NCBI GenBank assembly: GCA_963730275.1
Contig: CAVSRI010000002.1
Location: forward strand, 25,704-89,703
Length of the DNA: 64,000 nt
Reading direction: 5' to 3'
From: an uncultured delta proteobacterium
Lineage (GTDB): Bacteria; Desulfobacterota; Syntrophia; Syntrophales; Smithellaceae
In this document: piece by piece, positions 1 to 9,084 of the stretch
Layout: each line of letters starts with the position of its first letter
Numbering within the stretch: position 1 is the stretch's first letter
The notes under the pieces: model-generated
Told to the model about the DNA's origin: nothing
Seen by the model: the letters and a program-made list of their open reading frames with translations, nothing else
Database searches by the model: none
Translations under genes and position numbers: made by a program

Positions 1-369
1 GCAATTTTAGAAGAACTTAAAAAGCTTACAGGCTCAGGCCGATATGTATTTCCGGGAAGAACTTCTGAACGTCCAATGAGTGATAATGCTATTCTGGCAG
101 CTTTGCGAAATATGGGATACGCAAAAGAAGAAATGTCCGGGCATGGATTCCGGGCAATGGCACGAACTATTCTTGATGAAGTCTTGCAAGTAAGACCTGA
201 TTTTATCGAACACCAGCTTGCCCATGCTGTCAGAGACCCAAACGGACGCGCTTATAATCGAACGGCGCACCTTACTGAACGAAAGAAGATGATGCAGACG
301 TGGGCTGATTATCTGGACGGATTAAAGGCCGGTGCAAAGGTGATACCGTTCAGGACAAAAGAAGCATAG
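1..369 (+). CDS. Tyrosine integrase, P4/IntA-like, C-terminal part (5' truncated by window)
   Basis: Frame open from base 1; HGFR, EHQLAH and RAYNR catalytic motifs (H-x-x-R, H, Y) and MMQTWADYLD tail typical of P4-family integrases. Confidence 0.93.
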   Translation, partial: AILEELKKLTGSGRYVFPGRTSERPMSDNAILAALRNMGYAKEEMSGHGFRAMARTILDEVLQVRPDFIEHQLAHAVRDPNGRAYNRTAHLTERKKMMQTWADYLDGLKAGAKVIPFRTKEA

Positions 370-379
370 AGTAGAACCC

Positions 380-443
380 AGGGGGGATGGATCCAGCCTC
401 ATGAACTGGACAGAAAAGGCGCAATCTCCAGCGCTTGCCCCCT
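380..443 (+). ncRNA. Structured element just downstream of the integrase (int-alpA-like RNA motif candidate)
   Basis: AGGGGG/CCCCCT closing stem, TCCAG/CTGGA and AGGCGC/GCGCTT hairpins joined by GAAA; family assignment is from memory of similar loci. Confidence 0.4.
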
Positions 444-467
444 AATTTTTGACCATCTGTTAAAATC

Positions 468-695
468 ATGCGGCAATTCTGTTTAGATTGTATGGGTAGC
501 AACAAGGCCGCTGTTAAAGAATGCGAAATAAGAGATCGCCTGATTCATCCTTACCGTTTCGGTAAAAATCCGGCATTAAAAGGAAAAGGGAAGAGCCCGG
601 ATGAGATGTCTAAAATAAGAGCGATGAGACGGCCGTTCAGCAAAGGAAATCTTGTCTATTTTGAACGAGCGTCACGGCTTGAGACTAATGGATAG
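468..695 (+). CDS. Small island hypothetical protein (FCLDCMG...C...PYRFG), possibly degenerate
   Basis: ORF track; Cys motif resembles small proteins of phage-like islands. Confidence 0.5.
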   Translation: MRQFCLDCMGSNKAAVKECEIRDRLIHPYRFGKNPALKGKGKSPDEMSKIRAMRRPFSKGNLVYFERASRLETNG

Positions 696-737
696 GCATA
701 ATTTTAAATCCGAAATAAAATCTTAATCAAGGCTGAT

Positions 738-1088
738 ATGTTTTATTCGAAGGCATTTATTAAACTATCAGCTTCAGCAATCAGGACGCTCATGAGATGT
801 ATGCAAAAACGCAAGTGGGATAAAGTTAAACAGCGAGGGAAAAAACAAATAATTTATTCTAATGGCGGTTTTATATTCCCATATGCGGAAGCAAAATTCT
901 TAAATATCGGCATAATCCAGTTTTGGAAAAATATTCGAAATCTTATTGATCTAGGATTTATTGAAGTCATATATCAAGGTGGCTGGTTTCAAAAAACAGA
1001 AAAAGAAAAAGATTATTCTGTCTATAAGTTTTCAGATCGCTGCAGCAGAAAGATTTATCCCGGATGGAAAAAGATGGACACGCCTTAG
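738..1088 (+). CDS. Island hypothetical protein, winged-helix-like, probably C-terminally truncated
   Basis: ORF track; basic protein with IRNLIDLGFIEVIYQGG wHTH-like segment. Confidence 0.5.
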   Translation: MFYSKAFIKLSASAIRTLMRCMQKRKWDKVKQRGKKQIIYSNGGFIFPYAEAKFLNIGIIQFWKNIRNLIDLGFIEVIYQGGWFQKTEKEKDYSVYKFSDRCSRKIYPGWKKMDTP

Positions 1089-1795
1089 AGCAAATGCTTC
1101 AGAGCAGTAATTCTTTCGAGAAGGGAAAAGACACTTAATAATTGCCTGTTTGTGATTAAGGAGTGAAAAACTTCGACAGGGGGTTAATGGAAGAGTACAC
1201 GGGTTTGTTACGTGGAGACCCTACGCAGAAAAATTCTGCTTAATGTTTAAAAACATGACCCAAAAACGATTATTAGTATCTGATATCATTAAGTATTACG
1301 GTGTAAACATTATTTAAACAAGCAAGAGGGAAATAAGCCAATTTAATAATGGAAATATACATTTACACTGTTAACAATGTTTAAACGCGGGAGAGGTTGT
1401 CGGAGCTAAGATAATCGGTAAGTTTAGGGCGAGAATTTATTAGGAAGCGGCAGATAAAAAATGCTAATTGTCAGAATTAATTCGGTAAAAAATAGTATTT
1501 GTTTATGAGCATTTATTTTTGTGTGTCAAATTCCGACGAATTGAATTTTTCTTTATAACACCCGCTCAACTGCAAATACAAAGGGAGATGTTAGGTGATC
1601 TGGCCAGGTTAAGGATAACAGGTTGAAACATGCATATTTTCGAACCTGGTATTTTAGGATGACATAGTATTTGTGTCTTCCTGAAACATGCATCTTACAA
1701 AAATCTGAGTTTGTGCTACATTACAAATGATAATCATTAAGCTAGTTGCCCCATAGATCAGAGTGGATATAAAGCAACGCTAAAGGAGTTATATA

Positions 1796-2233
1796 ATGTC
1801 TGAATTACAAGAAGAAGTGGTTGTTCGGTTGATAAATCAAAAAGTTAAATTTTCGGGTATATCAAGTGCCAATCCTGACCAAGCTATCACTTTCGACTAT
1901 AAGCCGCCGATAGGTGACGGACAAGGGTACAATGGGCTTGAATTGTTGCTTATGAGTTTCATCGGCTGTAGTGCAACAGCCATTGCTTTTCTGTTGAGGA
2001 AAATGGGGAAAACGGTATCCGGATTAGAAGTGAAGGCGAAAGGCATAAGGAGAGAGCAACCACCAATAAAATTTGAGAAAATCTATCTGGAATTCAACCT
2101 GAATTCGAAAGATGTGAGAGATGTTGACATTCAAAGAGCGATCAAGCTTTCTGAGGAATCAGTCTGTCCGGTTTGGCAAATGATAAAGAATAATGTTGAG
2201 ATCATATCAGACTACAGCATCTCGCCCAACTAG
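1796..2233 (+). CDS. OsmC family protein
   Basis: ELLLMSFIGC and CPV conserved cysteines; AAGGAG RBS upstream. Confidence 0.9.
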   Translation: MSELQEEVVVRLINQKVKFSGISSANPDQAITFDYKPPIGDGQGYNGLELLLMSFIGCSATAIAFLLRKMGKTVSGLEVKAKGIRREQPPIKFEKIYLEFNLNSKDVRDVDIQRAIKLSEESVCPVWQMIKNNVEIISDYSISPN

Positions 2234-2512
2234 CCATTTCAAGAGTTGGGCTGCGCCTGCAGATGGTCGGTGCCGTTGTTTTGAAGAATCCATATTTTGA
2301 AAAATATATTCACGATTTCTTCCTGTAACAAAGCATCCAGCAGTTTTGGCGGACATGCTTCCTTTCTAACGGGAACCAATATAGCAGTTGAACAAATTTC
2401 CCATGTTTTTCTTTTGGGAAAAAATGACTTATGCTATTATAATATTCAGACCATTAGAAAAAGCAAAGTTCGTATATTAATTGTTATGCCAGATCGAGAA
2501 TGAGAGGAATGC

Positions 2513-3151
2513 ATGACTGATAACGATGGGTGTCCTCATTGCTCTTCCGTTGAGCGCACAAAGCATTTTAGGCATGGACGAAAGCTTGAATACTTTACCA
2601 TCGGCTGGAATATTGTGGAGGCGGGTGTTGCTATCGGTGCCGGGTGGTTTGCTGGTAGCATCGCATTGGTGGGCTTCGGAATCGATTCTCTTATTGAAAG
2701 TTTTTCCGGCTCCGTGCTTCTCTGGAGACTCTTTTCTCCCGCTCACGACGAAAGCCGCGAGAAGATCGCCCTCAAGCTTGTGGGTATTAGTTTTCTTATC
2801 CTTGCGGCATACGTCGCTTTTGAAGCCTCCAAGTCTCTTTTTACTCATGAGCCGCCGCAAACCAGCTTCGTTGGTATCGGCTTGTCTGTCGTCTCGCTCA
2901 TTGTCATGCCTCTTCTCGCTCGCGCAAAACGCCAGTCGGCATCAAACCTAGAAAGCCGCGCTATGAAGGCAGACTCACGACAGACTGATCTTTGTGCCTA
3001 CCTTTCGGCCATTCTTCTTGGAGGTCTTACGCTCAATGCACTTTTTGGCTGGTGGTGGGCTGACCCCGTGGCAGCACTAATCATGGTACCGATCATCGCA
3101 CGAGAGGGCTTTGAAGGCTTGTGCGGGGCGGTTTGCGAAAACTGCCATTAA
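2513..3151 (+). CDS. Cation diffusion facilitator (CDF) family transporter, TM domain only
   Basis: GSIALVGFGIDSLIE and WWWADPVAAL motifs; multiple TM segments; CPHC and CENCH termini. Confidence 0.88.
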   Translation: MTDNDGCPHCSSVERTKHFRHGRKLEYFTIGWNIVEAGVAIGAGWFAGSIALVGFGIDSLIESFSGSVLLWRLFSPAHDESREKIALKLVGISFLILAAYVAFEASKSLFTHEPPQTSFVGIGLSVVSLIVMPLLARAKRQSASNLESRAMKADSRQTDLCAYLSAILLGGLTLNALFGWWWADPVAALIMVPIIAREGFEGLCGAVCENCH

Positions 3152-3475
3152 AATTCTGCCATAACCAAGGTATGCAGTAGATCGGCCATAAAGAGGCCTC
3201 TCGCTGATGCCAGCCCTCACTCTCTTTCAATCCGTAATCCTCAGTTTTGATGAATGCCGACTGCTGAACAGTTGTAGGTGAATTCAATGTCCAGCAAAAT
3301 TTATTTTTCATTGATCACCCCTGAGTCTTACGGGATGAAACATGCTACAAGAAGAGATTGTGCTGATTTAATGCTTTCAATAAAAAAGAAATATTCTATT
3401 GATACGAGCAAAAGCTTTGATAGGTACGTATTATCGTATTAAAGATTATGCTATAATAGCAGGAAAGAAAATAAT

Positions 3476-3640
3476 ATGGCGAATCAGGCAAAAAAAACAG
3501 AACATGCAGGTGCAAAAAAAGGGTGCGGAGCATACTGGGGCCGTAAGAAAGATGCCAAGAAGGAATCAAGACGAGCGCGCCGTGAGACAGACAAGAAAGA
3601 AACAATTTTATCAAATGTTGAAGAAACAACAGAGAAGTAA
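3476..3640 (+). CDS. Small basic protein, 54 aa (MANQAKKTEHAGAKKGCGAYWGRKKDAKKESRRARRETDKKETILSNVEETTEK), not in ORF track
   Basis: Manual translation; AGGA RBS and TGCTATAAT extended -10 directly upstream. Confidence 0.65.
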   Translation: MANQAKKTEHAGAKKGCGAYWGRKKDAKKESRRARRETDKKETILSNVEETTEK

Positions 3641-3784
3641 TGCTGCGAATGTATTGGCCTTGGCCGCAATGCAAAATGGAGCAAAATCAAAAATTAGGTA
3701 ATAATAATTAAATTAGGTAATTTTATTTTGAGTGTAGAGGTGAAATTGTAGATGTTATATCCGGTATCAGTGAAAGACAAAATG

Positions 3785-3878
3785 TGGGGTATTTTTGGGG
3801 GTATGTGAAAAAATTTAATTGTAATATTTATAATGATTAAAAATATTTAATTAATTTATTCAATTCCCGCCCCAACCA
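3785..3878 (+). other. attR-like junction: integrase arm-type repeats, AT-rich spacer, degenerate tRNA/tmRNA 3' end
   Basis: TGGGGTATTTTTGGGGGTAT followed by TTCAATTCCCGCCCCAACCA. Confidence 0.6.
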
Positions 3879-4134
3879 CTTAAATGTATTTTTTTCATAT
3901 TTGCCTTTTTGGTATTTTTAACATCATATATTTTCTTAAATATACTGGTTTACAGAGTTCTTCCTGTTATTCACACACACCCGACGTCACAAAACATTCA
4001 AGATAACAAGTGATAATAAATAACTTGTTGCTCATTTTTAATTGACACACAAATCAGCTTACCGTACACTTACAGCCAGAAGAAGCGAGTTCTTATCAAA
4101 CAAGTAGTTTTACCTACCACAGGAGATCTTACAC

Positions 4135-6411
4135 TTGAATAAGAGGCGTTTTTTTTATTTATTGTTGGTCATTCTTCTGCTGATCGTCATTGTTGCCGGG
4201 TGGTTTGCCACATACTATCTCGGTAATAAAGCCCGGCAGGAAATCATTGGAAAAAGCCGGGCTTCAGCATTATCTCTATCCATCTATGTATCCTCTAAAC
4301 TCACAAGCATTGAAGAGGCCGTTAAAGCGTTAGCTGGATCTCCCTGGATCGCACCAGCACTGATGCCTAAAAGGGGTCAGGATATCGAACATGCCAATAG
4401 CGCGTTAGATAGATACAATTCCGCTTTAAAAGCTTCCGTATCCTACCTGATGGATGCCGATGGTATGACTGTGGCATCCTCCAATCGTAAAGATCCGGAC
4501 AGCTTTATAGGGAAATCCTATCATTTTCGTCCTTACTTTCAGAAAGCAGCCAAGGGCCAACCCAATCATTATTTTGCGCTAGGTATTACTTCCGGAAAGA
4601 GGGGTTTCTATGCCAGCTACCCGGTTCAGAATCATTTGGGTAAAGTACTTGGCGTGGTCACAATGAAAAAGGATCTTGACGAGATGGAGACCTTTTTCAG
4701 CAAATACCCCAGTTGTTTTCTCATCAGCCGTGACGGCATTATTTTTCTTTCCAGCACACCGTCAATGGTTCTAAAAAGTTTCTGGCCGCTGGACAAAACC
4801 GCACAGGAAAAATTAATTACTTCCCAGCAATTCGGCAATAAATTCTCTGAAGGCGTTTTTTTACAAAAAGAAATTGCCGATGGCACGGAAGTCACTTTAG
4901 AAGGGAAGGATTATTTCGTCTCTAGGAAAGTGATTGACAATGACGGATGGTCGATTGTGCTTCTGACCTCGACATATCGGGTATGGATCTACAAAGTGAT
5001 CGGTATTCTGGCAACGATTTTCGTATGCTTTTTAATTATGGTCTTTGCAGGCATTATCTATGCCACGGACCGATCCCATGAGGCCATTCGGCAAAGTGAA
5101 GAGAGCAAACGCCTGTTACTTTATGCCGCCGGAGAGGGTATATTTGGAGTCAATACCATTGGGCAGTTGACCTTCGTCAACCCTGCTGCCTTGCACCTGC
5201 TTGGTTTCGCCGCAGAGGAGATGTTAGGCCAAAAGGTGCACGCTCTCATCCATCATTCCCACCAGGACGGCTCCAACTACCCGGTGGAAGACTGCCCCAT
5301 GTATGCTGCCTACATCAAGGCTACCGAAAGCCGTGTGATCGAGGAGGTGCTCTGGCGCAAGGATGGCAGCAATTTTCCCGTGGAGTATTCCAGCATGCCG
5401 ATCATCAGGGACGGCAAAATCATGGGCGCGGTGGTTACCTTTAATGATATCACTGCACGCAAGCTATTGGAAGAGAAGATAAGGCAGTCAGAAGAGAGAT
5501 ACCGAACCATCATCGAGCAAATGGAGGACGGCTATTTTGAAGTCGGTCTTCGCGGCGATTTTACGTTCGTCAATGACACGGAGTGCAGAAATCTCGGATA
5601 TCCCCGCGAGGAATTGCTCGGCATGAGTAGCAAGCAGTACGCCAATGAAGAAAACGCTAAAGCCTTGTACAACATCTTTGCCGAAGTCTATAAAACAGGA
5701 GTACCTGTTAAAGCTTATGCCTTGGAACTTGTCAAAAAAGACGGGGCTAAAGCTTATGATGAAATATCAGTATCTCTTATAAGGGATGCAGCAGGCAAAC
5801 CCATCGGATTCCGCGGAATCTCGCGCGACATCACCGAGCGCAAACAAATGCAACTGAAAATAGAGGAAATGGCGACCCATGATTATCTGACGGGTTTACC
5901 CAACAGGGTTTTGTTAACAGACCGCTTCGCCATAGTGGCAGCGCTGGCCCGCCGCAATAAATTCAAGCTTGCTGTCATGTCGCTGGATCTGGACAAGTTC
6001 AAATCCATCAATGATACGCTCGGCCACAACGCAGGGGACCAGGTGCTTAAAGTTATCAGCAGGCGGCTTACGGAAATAATACGTGCCAGCGATACGATAG
6101 CCCGCATTGGAGGAGACGAGTTTATATTGGTGCTGCTGGAAACTAACCAGAGGGAAGACGCCACTGTCATAGCCCAAAAAATCCTGAATGCATTTATAGA
6201 GCCTCTCTCTATAGACGGTCACCAGCTACATTTATCCACCAGTATAGGCATCGCTATCTACCCTGAAGATGCAGAGGATATGGAAACCCTGATTAAAAAA
6301 TCAGATGCCGCAATGTATTACGCCAAGGGTCACGGCCGCAACCAGTTCAAGTTCTTTGGCGATGGCGATGTCCGGATTGGCGGAGATTATAAGAGCGCAA
6401 CCCCAATTTAA
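4135..6411 (+). CDS. Membrane diguanylate cyclase (Cache sensor, 2 PAS, GGDEF)
   Basis: Two TM helices flanking FRPYF Cache domain; PAS domains ending DIT; DYLTGLPNR, RASD I-site, GGDEF. Confidence 0.93.
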   Translation: MNKRRFFYLLLVILLLIVIVAGWFATYYLGNKARQEIIGKSRASALSLSIYVSSKLTSIEEAVKALAGSPWIAPALMPKRGQDIEHANSALDRYNSALKASVSYLMDADGMTVASSNRKDPDSFIGKSYHFRPYFQKAAKGQPNHYFALGITSGKRGFYASYPVQNHLGKVLGVVTMKKDLDEMETFFSKYPSCFLISRDGIIFLSSTPSMVLKSFWPLDKTAQEKLITSQQFGNKFSEGVFLQKEIADGTEVTLEGKDYFVSRKVIDNDGWSIVLLTSTYRVWIYKVIGILATIFVCFLIMVFAGIIYATDRSHEAIRQSEESKRLLLYAAGEGIFGVNTIGQLTFVNPAALHLLGFAAEEMLGQKVHALIHHSHQDGSNYPVEDCPMYAAYIKATESRVIEEVLWRKDGSNFPVEYSSMPIIRDGKIMGAVVTFNDITARKLLEEKIRQSEERYRTIIEQMEDGYFEVGLRGDFTFVNDTECRNLGYPREELLGMSSKQYANEENAKALYNIFAEVYKTGVPVKAYALELVKKDGAKAYDEISVSLIRDAAGKPIGFRGISRDITERKQMQLKIEEMATHDYLTGLPNRVLLTDRFAIVAALARRNKFKLAVMSLDLDKFKSINDTLGHNAGDQVLKVISRRLTEIIRASDTIARIGGDEFILVLLETNQREDATVIAQKILNAFIEPLSIDGHQLHLSTSIGIAIYPEDAEDMETLIKKSDAAMYYAKGHGRNQFKFFGDGDVRIGGDYKSATPI

Positions 6412-6638
6412 GTCTTGCCTCTGGAAATATCGGTATAATAACTCATTTCTGAGTTGGGAATTAGGGGTCAAATTTTTACTCTTGACATGTCATAATAAAT
6501 GGCACCGCAATTAAACATCATACCATATCTTGTGGCATTATTTTATTGACGCGCAAAGCCTTCCATATTATGATCCTACCTCATCAAAGGTAATTATTAT
6601 CAAAAAAATATCAAATTCCACAATGCTTGGAGAATGAT

Positions 6639-6956
6639 ATGAAGATCAAAGCGATACTGATCGGAATCGTTGCTTGTATCCTGCTGGTACTGTACAGTTA
6701 TTTCGTTGCCGACACGGTCGTGACGAGGATAACCGACGCGCAGATGACGAAGGTAGATGGAATGTTTATGATCGCGACGGAGTACCGGCCTTTTGTGAAT
6801 TACGATGCCGGATACCGGTTAAAGTTCAATTCCGGCACGGTTCAGAACGACGCCATCAAACTCAGAGGTAAGATGGTGAAGATCAAAAAATACGGCTGGA
6901 GAATCCCGATATTTTCTATGTACGAAAATATAGTGAAGATTGAAGAAGAGAAGTAG
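6639..6956 (+). CDS. DUF1523-like membrane-anchored protein
   Basis: N-terminal TM; KFNS and YGWRIPIFSMYENI motifs; GGAG RBS before ATG 6639. Confidence 0.7.
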   Translation: MKIKAILIGIVACILLVLYSYFVADTVVTRITDAQMTKVDGMFMIATEYRPFVNYDAGYRLKFNSGTVQNDAIKLRGKMVKIKKYGWRIPIFSMYENIVKIEEEK

Positions 6957-7023
6957 TCTTCCGGCATATGGCTCTCTCACATAATATATTTTTGGCCGCA
7001 AAATAATTAACAGGCAGAAAAAT

Positions 7024-8856
7024 ATGTGGAAAAATAAAGTTGTTTCTCCGGAAGAAATACTGGCACAAATCGAGCCGGGGATGACTATTTTCCTGGGCAC
7101 CGGCATGGCGGAACCGCGTACGCTGGTCAAGCATCTGATGGAATCAAACCAAGTTAATCTGCAGGACCTTGAACTTATCCAACTTGTCAGTCTTGGGGAC
7201 GCAGTAGCAATCGATGCGCGGTATGCACGGAAATTCCGTTTGAAAACATTTTTTTCAGGGTGGATTGCCTCTGAGGCCATCAGCGAGGGTAGGGTTGATC
7301 TTATTCCCAGCCGGTTTTCGCGGATACCCTGGTTATTCAAGACGGGAGCCATTAATATCGATGTCGCCTTCATTCAGGTTACACCTCCTGGTGAAAACGG
7401 TTATGCTTACCTTGTCGGAGTTGGTGCGGAACGGCAAGCCATGGAAACAGCAAAAATTATTGTTGGTGAAATAAATTCACATGTGCCGCGGACAATGGGC
7501 GATACACTTGTGCACATGGATGATTTTAACTTCCTTATTGAAGCGACTGAGCCGCCGCTATATATTGCCCGCTGGCCATTGGAAGAGATTTATCTGAAAG
7601 TTGCCGCTAATGTCGCCTCTGTTATTGAAGACGGTAGTTGTATCTCTTATGGTATCGGACCATTTTATGAAGCTCTGGCCAAGACACTGGCCACAAAAAA
7701 AGATCTGGGTGTGCACTCGCCTTTTTTCACCGATGCGCTAATGGATCTGGTAAAAAGCGGCGCTGTTACCAACCGGCGTAAGGGAATCTTCCGCGGCAAA
7801 TCGGCTGCTTCCTATGTTATCGGTACTAAAGAACTGATGCAGTGGCTGGATCTGAACCCATTGATTGAATTTCAGCCTCAGGATATAATAATGGATCCGA
7901 AAATAATCGGTCTCAATGATCGAATGACCGCTATTCTGCAGGCGCGGAAAGTTGATCTTACCGGCAATGTAGCTCTTCATACAGGTAAAGGAAATGTCAC
8001 TGCCGGTCCGGGGAATGTTCAAGAACTATTTATGGGATCAGCTCTGTCGAATAACGGCCGCACTATTTTTGCCTTACCCAGCCGTAACCTCAAGGCTCAA
8101 GCGAATATCCTCATATCCGTCGATAAATTTCCTTTTCAGTTTACTAATCGTGAATCCATGGATCTTGTTGTTACTGAGTATGGCGTTGCCTACCTAATGG
8201 GTAAAACCCTGCGGGAGCGCGCGCAGGCACTGATTGAAATTGCCCATCCCGATGATCGGGCTGATCTGATCAGACAAGCCAAGAAAGAAAAAATGATTTA
8301 CGCTGACCAGATATATTTTCCCGATTCGGGTCATCTTTATCCGGATAAAATCGCCTATTCGCATAAATTCAAAGACGGTCTGATCATCCGTTTTCGAGCG
8401 ATCAAGCCATCCGATGAAGACGAAATGCGCCGGTTGTTTTACCGATTTTCGGATCAAGCTGTCTATTACCGTTATTTCAGTCCGATCAAGACAATGCCCC
8501 ATGAAAAAATGCAGGAATATGTCAATGTCGATTACCGGTATCACATGTCCATCGTGGCTATTGTCGATGAATCAGGTGTAGAAAAAATTATTGCCGAAGC
8601 GCGTTATGCCCGCTCTAAAAACGAGTCTTTTGCCGATACCGCATTTATCGTAGATGAAAGCTATCAGGGCAAGGGCATCGCTTCGTATTTATTTGAACTG
8701 CTGATTCGAATTGCCAGGGAGGAGGGCGTTGCCGGATTTAGGGCTGATGTTCTGGCGAACAATAAAGCGATGTTAAAAGTTTATGAAAAATCACCATATC
8801 CTGTACACACGGTTTTATCCGAAGGAGTATATAAGTTGACTATAACTTTTAAGTAG
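7024..8856 (+). CDS. Acetyl-CoA hydrolase/transferase fused to C-terminal GNAT acetyltransferase
   Basis: IDVAFIQV, DLGVHS and VVTEYGVA CoA-transferase motifs; YQGKGIAS and NKAML GNAT motifs. Confidence 0.9.
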   Translation: MWKNKVVSPEEILAQIEPGMTIFLGTGMAEPRTLVKHLMESNQVNLQDLELIQLVSLGDAVAIDARYARKFRLKTFFSGWIASEAISEGRVDLIPSRFSRIPWLFKTGAINIDVAFIQVTPPGENGYAYLVGVGAERQAMETAKIIVGEINSHVPRTMGDTLVHMDDFNFLIEATEPPLYIARWPLEEIYLKVAANVASVIEDGSCISYGIGPFYEALAKTLATKKDLGVHSPFFTDALMDLVKSGAVTNRRKGIFRGKSAASYVIGTKELMQWLDLNPLIEFQPQDIIMDPKIIGLNDRMTAILQARKVDLTGNVALHTGKGNVTAGPGNVQELFMGSALSNNGRTIFALPSRNLKAQANILISVDKFPFQFTNRESMDLVVTEYGVAYLMGKTLRERAQALIEIAHPDDRADLIRQAKKEKMIYADQIYFPDSGHLYPDKIAYSHKFKDGLIIRFRAIKPSDEDEMRRLFYRFSDQAVYYRYFSPIKTMPHEKMQEYVNVDYRYHMSIVAIVDESGVEKIIAEARYARSKNESFADTAFIVDESYQGKGIASYLFELLIRIAREEGVAGFRADVLANNKAMLKVYEKSPYPVHTVLSEGVYKLTITFK

Positions 8857-9011
8857 GAAAGTATAGGGGGATGTTGGATCGAATCTTTTCGGCTGATCTG
8901 AAAAATATAAAAGAATAGATTACCAAATCAAGTCAGCATTGAGTAGGTATTGAGGATGGTTGCTAATGCGCGGTAATCGGGTAGTTCTTATAGTATAATT
9001 ATAGGGTTTAA

Positions 9012-9029
9012 GTTATACTTAAGTATAAC
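9012..9029. promoter_or_regulatory. Perfect 18-bp palindrome GTTATACTTAAGTATAAC, candidate operator
   Basis: Seen directly, 55 nt upstream of the ATP-grasp gene start. Confidence 0.5.
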
Positions 9030-9084
9030 GCAATGAAGTAAATTCAAAGAAGGCAAGTAGTGAACTAATTCGGAGAGATAACGG

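Larger units (their letters stand above)
1..3878. mobile_element. Right part of an integrative island (P4-type integrase, cargo genes, attR-like end)
   Basis: Integrase at left; TGGGGTAT/TGGGGGTAT tandem arm-type repeats at 3785-3804; tRNA/tmRNA 3'-end-like TTCAATTCCCGCCCCAACCA at 3859-3878. Confidence 0.7.

Noticed and set aside
1190-1400. AT-rich stretch with repeated TGTTTAAA/TTTAAACA words (res-site or origin-like)
   Set aside because: No regular spacing and no adjacent resolvase or Rep gene; cannot be supported
3399-3701. 100-aa ORF from the track
   Set aside because: TTG start without RBS; overlaps the better-supported 54-aa ORF (3476-3640) in another frame
6819-7373. 184-aa antisense ORF and the many similar short overlapping ORFs in the track
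   Set aside because: They overlap well-supported genes on the other strand or frame and have no recognisable motifs
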